A stretch of DNA of 64,000 nt, taken from positions 8,246,001 to 8,310,000 of the forward strand of contig OZ281496.1 in assembly GCA_965637545.1 (NCBI GenBank), given 5' to 3'. Positions 60,136-64,000 of this stretch are shown one piece after another. How positions within the stretch are numbered: position 1 is the first letter of the stretch; each line of letters begins with the position of its first letter. Both the position numbers and the translations under genes were made by a program. The notes under the pieces were generated by a model. That model was not told the DNA's origin. It made no database searches and saw only the letters and a program-made list of their open reading frames with translations. Source of the stretch: Phallusia mammillata. Lineage: Eukaryota.

Positions 60136-60848
60136 TGTTACATCTCCACGTTCAGTTACGCATGATTAACTTGTCTCATTATTCCACTGCTATGACGTTA
60201 CAATCGCCATGTGCGTAACAGTAAAATTAGAAGGCTATTGTCTGTATGTTGCAATGATTAGTTCATTTACTGTACAACGTGGTCGAGTAAGGTGATTTAT
60301 TACTGCATTAAGTAAATTCGTTTGTGTTGCATTTTTAGAGACGAATAAGGCTAAATTAAATATTGTGACGACTGACTAATTAATCTTCAAGTGAAGGCTG
60401 TTTACCGTGATTGTCGGTGAGTGTTTAATTCGATTTGTGACCTAAATTAATTCATGGCTTTATGTGTGACTTACGGCATGCTGTATTTTCCTATAGTGAT
60501 TGCAGCGATTGTTTCATCGTCTTGCAACTGTTGATACGTGTACTGTACCTGTTGACCTGTGTCGCAAAATAGTTGGTAAGTTAGTCATTGGCATTTTGTG
60601 CGTTGGCATATGTCAATGTGTTTCGTTTTCTTGTTTAGAAAACCGTTCCCGTTCCCGTTTCGTTCTCAACCCTGTTTCTGTCCGTTCCTGATTGTGTACG
60701 ACGTTGTGGTTGTTGCCGCTGTTGTCGCTGTGGATTATTACACGTGATTCGGGAAGTGTGGTTTGTGTGGGAAAGGGCGGGGCGTGTTTCAACGTGACAA
60801 ACCCCTTTGTGAGGCTCAGCCTTGCAGGTCGGCCGTTCAGAGTCTACA
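60136..60848 (+). repeat. 3' LTR of the BEL element
   Basis: Copy of 53399-54111 at offset 6737; the ORF track gives the same 63-aa peptide in both. Confidence 0.95.
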
Positions 60849-63333
60849 GCCAGTGTTGCTTTCAGTCGTAGATCAACAATATATTTCTGGTTCTAAACTT
60901 ATAAGAGGTACGTAAGGATCTAAAGTTAAGAAAATGTTATATGATTATAACGCATTTCACTTAACAATAGTAGTTGCTGTGGACTTGATGAATTTGTTAC
61001 ATCTGTTTTTATCGGGGGCTGGAAATAACTTTGATTTTGCTGATCTGTTGACATCATTTTCAAATTCACGTTATTAGAGATGGAGCATAGTGTGTCTTTG
61101 TTTAAACGGCAAACCTGGGCTTTGAAATGACAATCACATTCATAATGTTATTGCTAATATGGACATGATACCCTTTTGGACATGATCATTAGAATATGAG
61201 AATTATTCTAAACCAAGTGAGCCATTTTCCACTTGCCACATTGTTTACGATTGCGGTTGCCCTGTTTGCAGCAGCAAAAGAAACAATGTGCGGAATATCA
61301 TTTTTACAAAAACCTTAAACGCCGAAAATTTTCTTAGTAATTCTTTTACATTCCGTGCACATGTTTTGCTGATGCGGGCTTTGCAACTAAATACAATGTT
61401 TGCATCGTAGACTAAATATCCGGATTAGTGTCTGTTATCGAAAAAGTGTTGGTCTAAATGGACGAAAACTTGGTGCTGAATTTACTTTTGTAAAGCAAAG
61501 CAAAAATGAAGAAATAAATTTGTCTGATCGTACTTATGGCAACGTATTTTGTTTCCGTACTTGGAAAAGGACTGCCTGAATCAGTAAGTTGGAACAACCT
61601 TGGACGAGCCGTTTAATGTTTTGCTGTTTAATCTTTGGTTTTTATTTAAATGAACTACAAAATCTGTTAAAGCGGTTTATTGCAACTTGTTTGCCGGTGT
61701 TTTCACACCACTTTTTGTAGGGAATTTTTCCACAACAGCTATTGCCTCACACAGTTTTGGATGAGTTTTTTTGGAACACTCGAAAAAAGTAGGTATAGGT
61801 TTCAAATTGTTAACTGTTGACCAGGACGCATTTAATAATTCGTTTGAATACACAAGCTTTGAGTGGTAAAATTTTGCTTGTTGCGCTACGAGGCAGTTGT
61901 TTGCGTTTCGGCAACAGAAAAAAATACGAGCGTGCTAACAAACCAAAACTTGGAACAATATCTCTTCCTTCTCTAGTACAAAGCCTAACTTTTCCTAAAA
62001 AAGGCACATGCTTATGTATTATAGACCAAAAGATTTGTCGAATGCGCAAAGAAGCAAATTCTAAAGCAAGAAATCTTTGTTGTGTGGACAGTAGACCGTG
62101 TTGTTCAAACAGCAATCAGGAATAAAGTAATGTGAAAAGTGGCCCATTCGATCAACAAATGTGGCCTTTCAAAGCCAAGTGTTGGTAAAAAACACTGTTC
62201 TTAAAGTTCATGATTTCGAAAACTCCGTTGAAGCAAGCGACAGTCAGGGCAATCTGTTTCGACCTATACAGTCCCATTGTTGCAGCTACTGCAACTAACT
62301 AATGACACTCCAGTTTGTTGGGAATACTGATTGATTTGTCGGTTAGCTCTTATACGCAGACCGATGTTTTAGTTCAGTTTTTTAAGTTTATCACTAATCT
62401 GTAGCTTGCCATGTTGGTTGTTGGAAATTCAGTATTTAAAGGAGCCCATGAAATGAAATATTTTGTCTCATCCTATTTTTAGAGCAATAGTCAGGGGAAA
62501 ATTTCATAAACTACAGCGACCGCTAGTTGGTACAGAAGAGTACACACTGGAAAAGGATAATGGACGTTTCCAACAATACGTGCGGGACAAGATGTTATTT
62601 CGCAGATCTAAACTTTTCAAACTTAAAATAAATAAAAAATTCGGTGTTGATATTCTGGACAAGCTTCATCCAAAGCCAACGAGAAGATTAGTTTTGAGGA
62701 AAAATAATTTCTATTGTCGGACTCGTATCATGTCGATCGGAGAGGATTCAAAAAATTATTTAAAATAGTTGTTTCAAATCGCGTTTTTAAGGAATGTTGC
62801 TGGATTACTTTGTTGTGTAAATTGATGATTATAGAATATGTTGATCAGTTTAGACAAATACTCAGTACGCGCTTTGTTTTGTCACAAACGCAAAAGCTGC
62901 AGTAGTGACTGTGATGATTTTTAACTGTTTTTTATGAAACAGCCTAAATATTCATTTGGTTTGATGCAAGAATCTTTTTTCATTCTACTCTTTGCGGGAG
63001 ATTCTTTACATAACAAAAGTATTTTAGCTTGTCTGAGTTCATATTGAATTTGACTTCGACACAATCTAATTTGCTTATGTTTGTAAATCAAATCGAAATA
63101 TTTTCCCACCGGTCAAAGAAAATGGATCTAATCTTGATGGTAACCTCGAGAGTTTTAGGTTTTTTTTTATGTTTTTTGGTTTGTTTATTAAATATTTTTT
63201 AAATAGTTGTAGGTCGGGCCGAGTTTTCGGATCCATTTAGTTTTGACTCGGATTGCAGTTTGAACCCAAGTAAAAATAAAGCAGGCTAGATCTCACTTTT
63301 GATTTAAATGTTATTTTGGTAAACTGTTCTTGT

Positions 63334-63933
63334 TTAATCCAGGCAGTATTTAAACCAAATATTGTGCCCTGCAAAAAGTCTTTGGTTGCGTCCATTGTTG
63401 TCAACAGATCGTCGTCCTACACCTCCACATGTCTGTAAAAATGTTAATATTTTATGTTTTCGAGTAATTATTGTTGTTGGTTTGTGAAATTTATACCAAG
63501 TATGTTATTTTGGGTCCTAAAGTATTTGCTTGAAAACATAATATTTGTTTTTACTTCATCAAAACGTTGAAACCTTGGTAAGCTCAATTAGTGATGCACC
63601 AAACCTTCCTCAAAAGGTTTGGGTCGAAACCGAAACAAAGGAAAATGGTGTATACGCCTGGAATGTTTCAGCCAACCGAAACCTCGGTACATCATTTAGG
63701 CCCAATATTTTGTTTTTAGCGAAATATGCTGAAATCAACTCACCTGTCCAGGGCATTGTCCAGTTGAGTTTTGACAGATGGTCACGTCGCAGTGGATGTA
63801 GATAAATTGTTCTGCATTGGTAAAGTTTGTCCACACAAAGCTCTTTAGCTTGAAAGTTGCAAAGTTGGATTTGTAATTTCGCATTAATATCTTTGCGTCG
63901 GCAGCCTCGTCTCCACTGGGTGGCGCAACGCAC
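63334..63933 (-). CDS. 3' exons of a second ZP-domain paralog (gene continues beyond the window)
   Basis: Exon 63744-63933 has the same 190-nt length and near-identical sequence as 45697-45886. Exon 63334-63432 starts like 45377-45485 (TCGGVGRRSVDNNGRNQRL) but diverges to FAGHNIWFKYCLD*. Confidence 0.82.
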
Positions 63934-64000
63934 CTGACATTTGTGACACAGAGTTAAAAATAGAAAACGAAAGATAAGAAATAAAGAATTTAAACGGTAA

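Larger units (their letters stand above)
53399..60848 (+). mobile_element. Full-length BEL/Pao LTR retrotransposon
   Basis: Two 713-bp TG...CA LTRs, 5-bp TSD GCCAG (53394-53398, 60849-60853), purine-rich PPT before the 3' LTR and a single 1911-aa ORF. Confidence 0.96.

Noticed and set aside
1-64000. tRNA, rRNA or other structured RNA genes, and prokaryotic operon or defence systems
   Set aside because: None were recognised by eye, and the window is clearly spliceosomal eukaryotic DNA. A tRNAscan or Infernal run would be needed to exclude small RNAs.

Overview
AT-rich eukaryotic DNA with compact genes and many 50-60 nt introns. It is probably from an invertebrate chordate such as an ascidian; this is inferred and cannot be proven from the sequence. 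All supported host genes are on the minus strand. From left to right: (1) an adhesion GPCR with an intact VWA/MIDAS domain, GAIN/GPS and 7TM (241 to at least 7302); (2) a stack of nested hAT-type MITEs; (3) a tandem array of paralogous type II transmembrane proteins. Each has an N-terminal tyrosine-motif tail, one TM helix, a Thr-rich stalk and an intelectin-type fibrinogen-related domain split by a ~240-aa insert that contains a hypervariable exon. Copy C (34778-41825) is intact with 17 coding exons and 674 aa by manual splicing. Copies A and B carry disabling lesions, and an orphan first exon (D) remains. Copy C has a 5'-truncated RTE LINE in one intron. (4) A CUB-CUB-ZP-TM gene; (5) a full-length, apparently very young BEL/Pao LTR retrotransposon with a 29-bp hairpin array where the PBS should be; (6) the 3' end of a second ZP paralog at the window edge. 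The best candidate for an undescribed system is the membrane-anchored split-intelectin receptor family, whose copies alternate between ITIM-like and hemITAM-like tails. Exon models were built by hand from GT/GC-AG sites, phase consistency and paralog comparison. No database searches were run.
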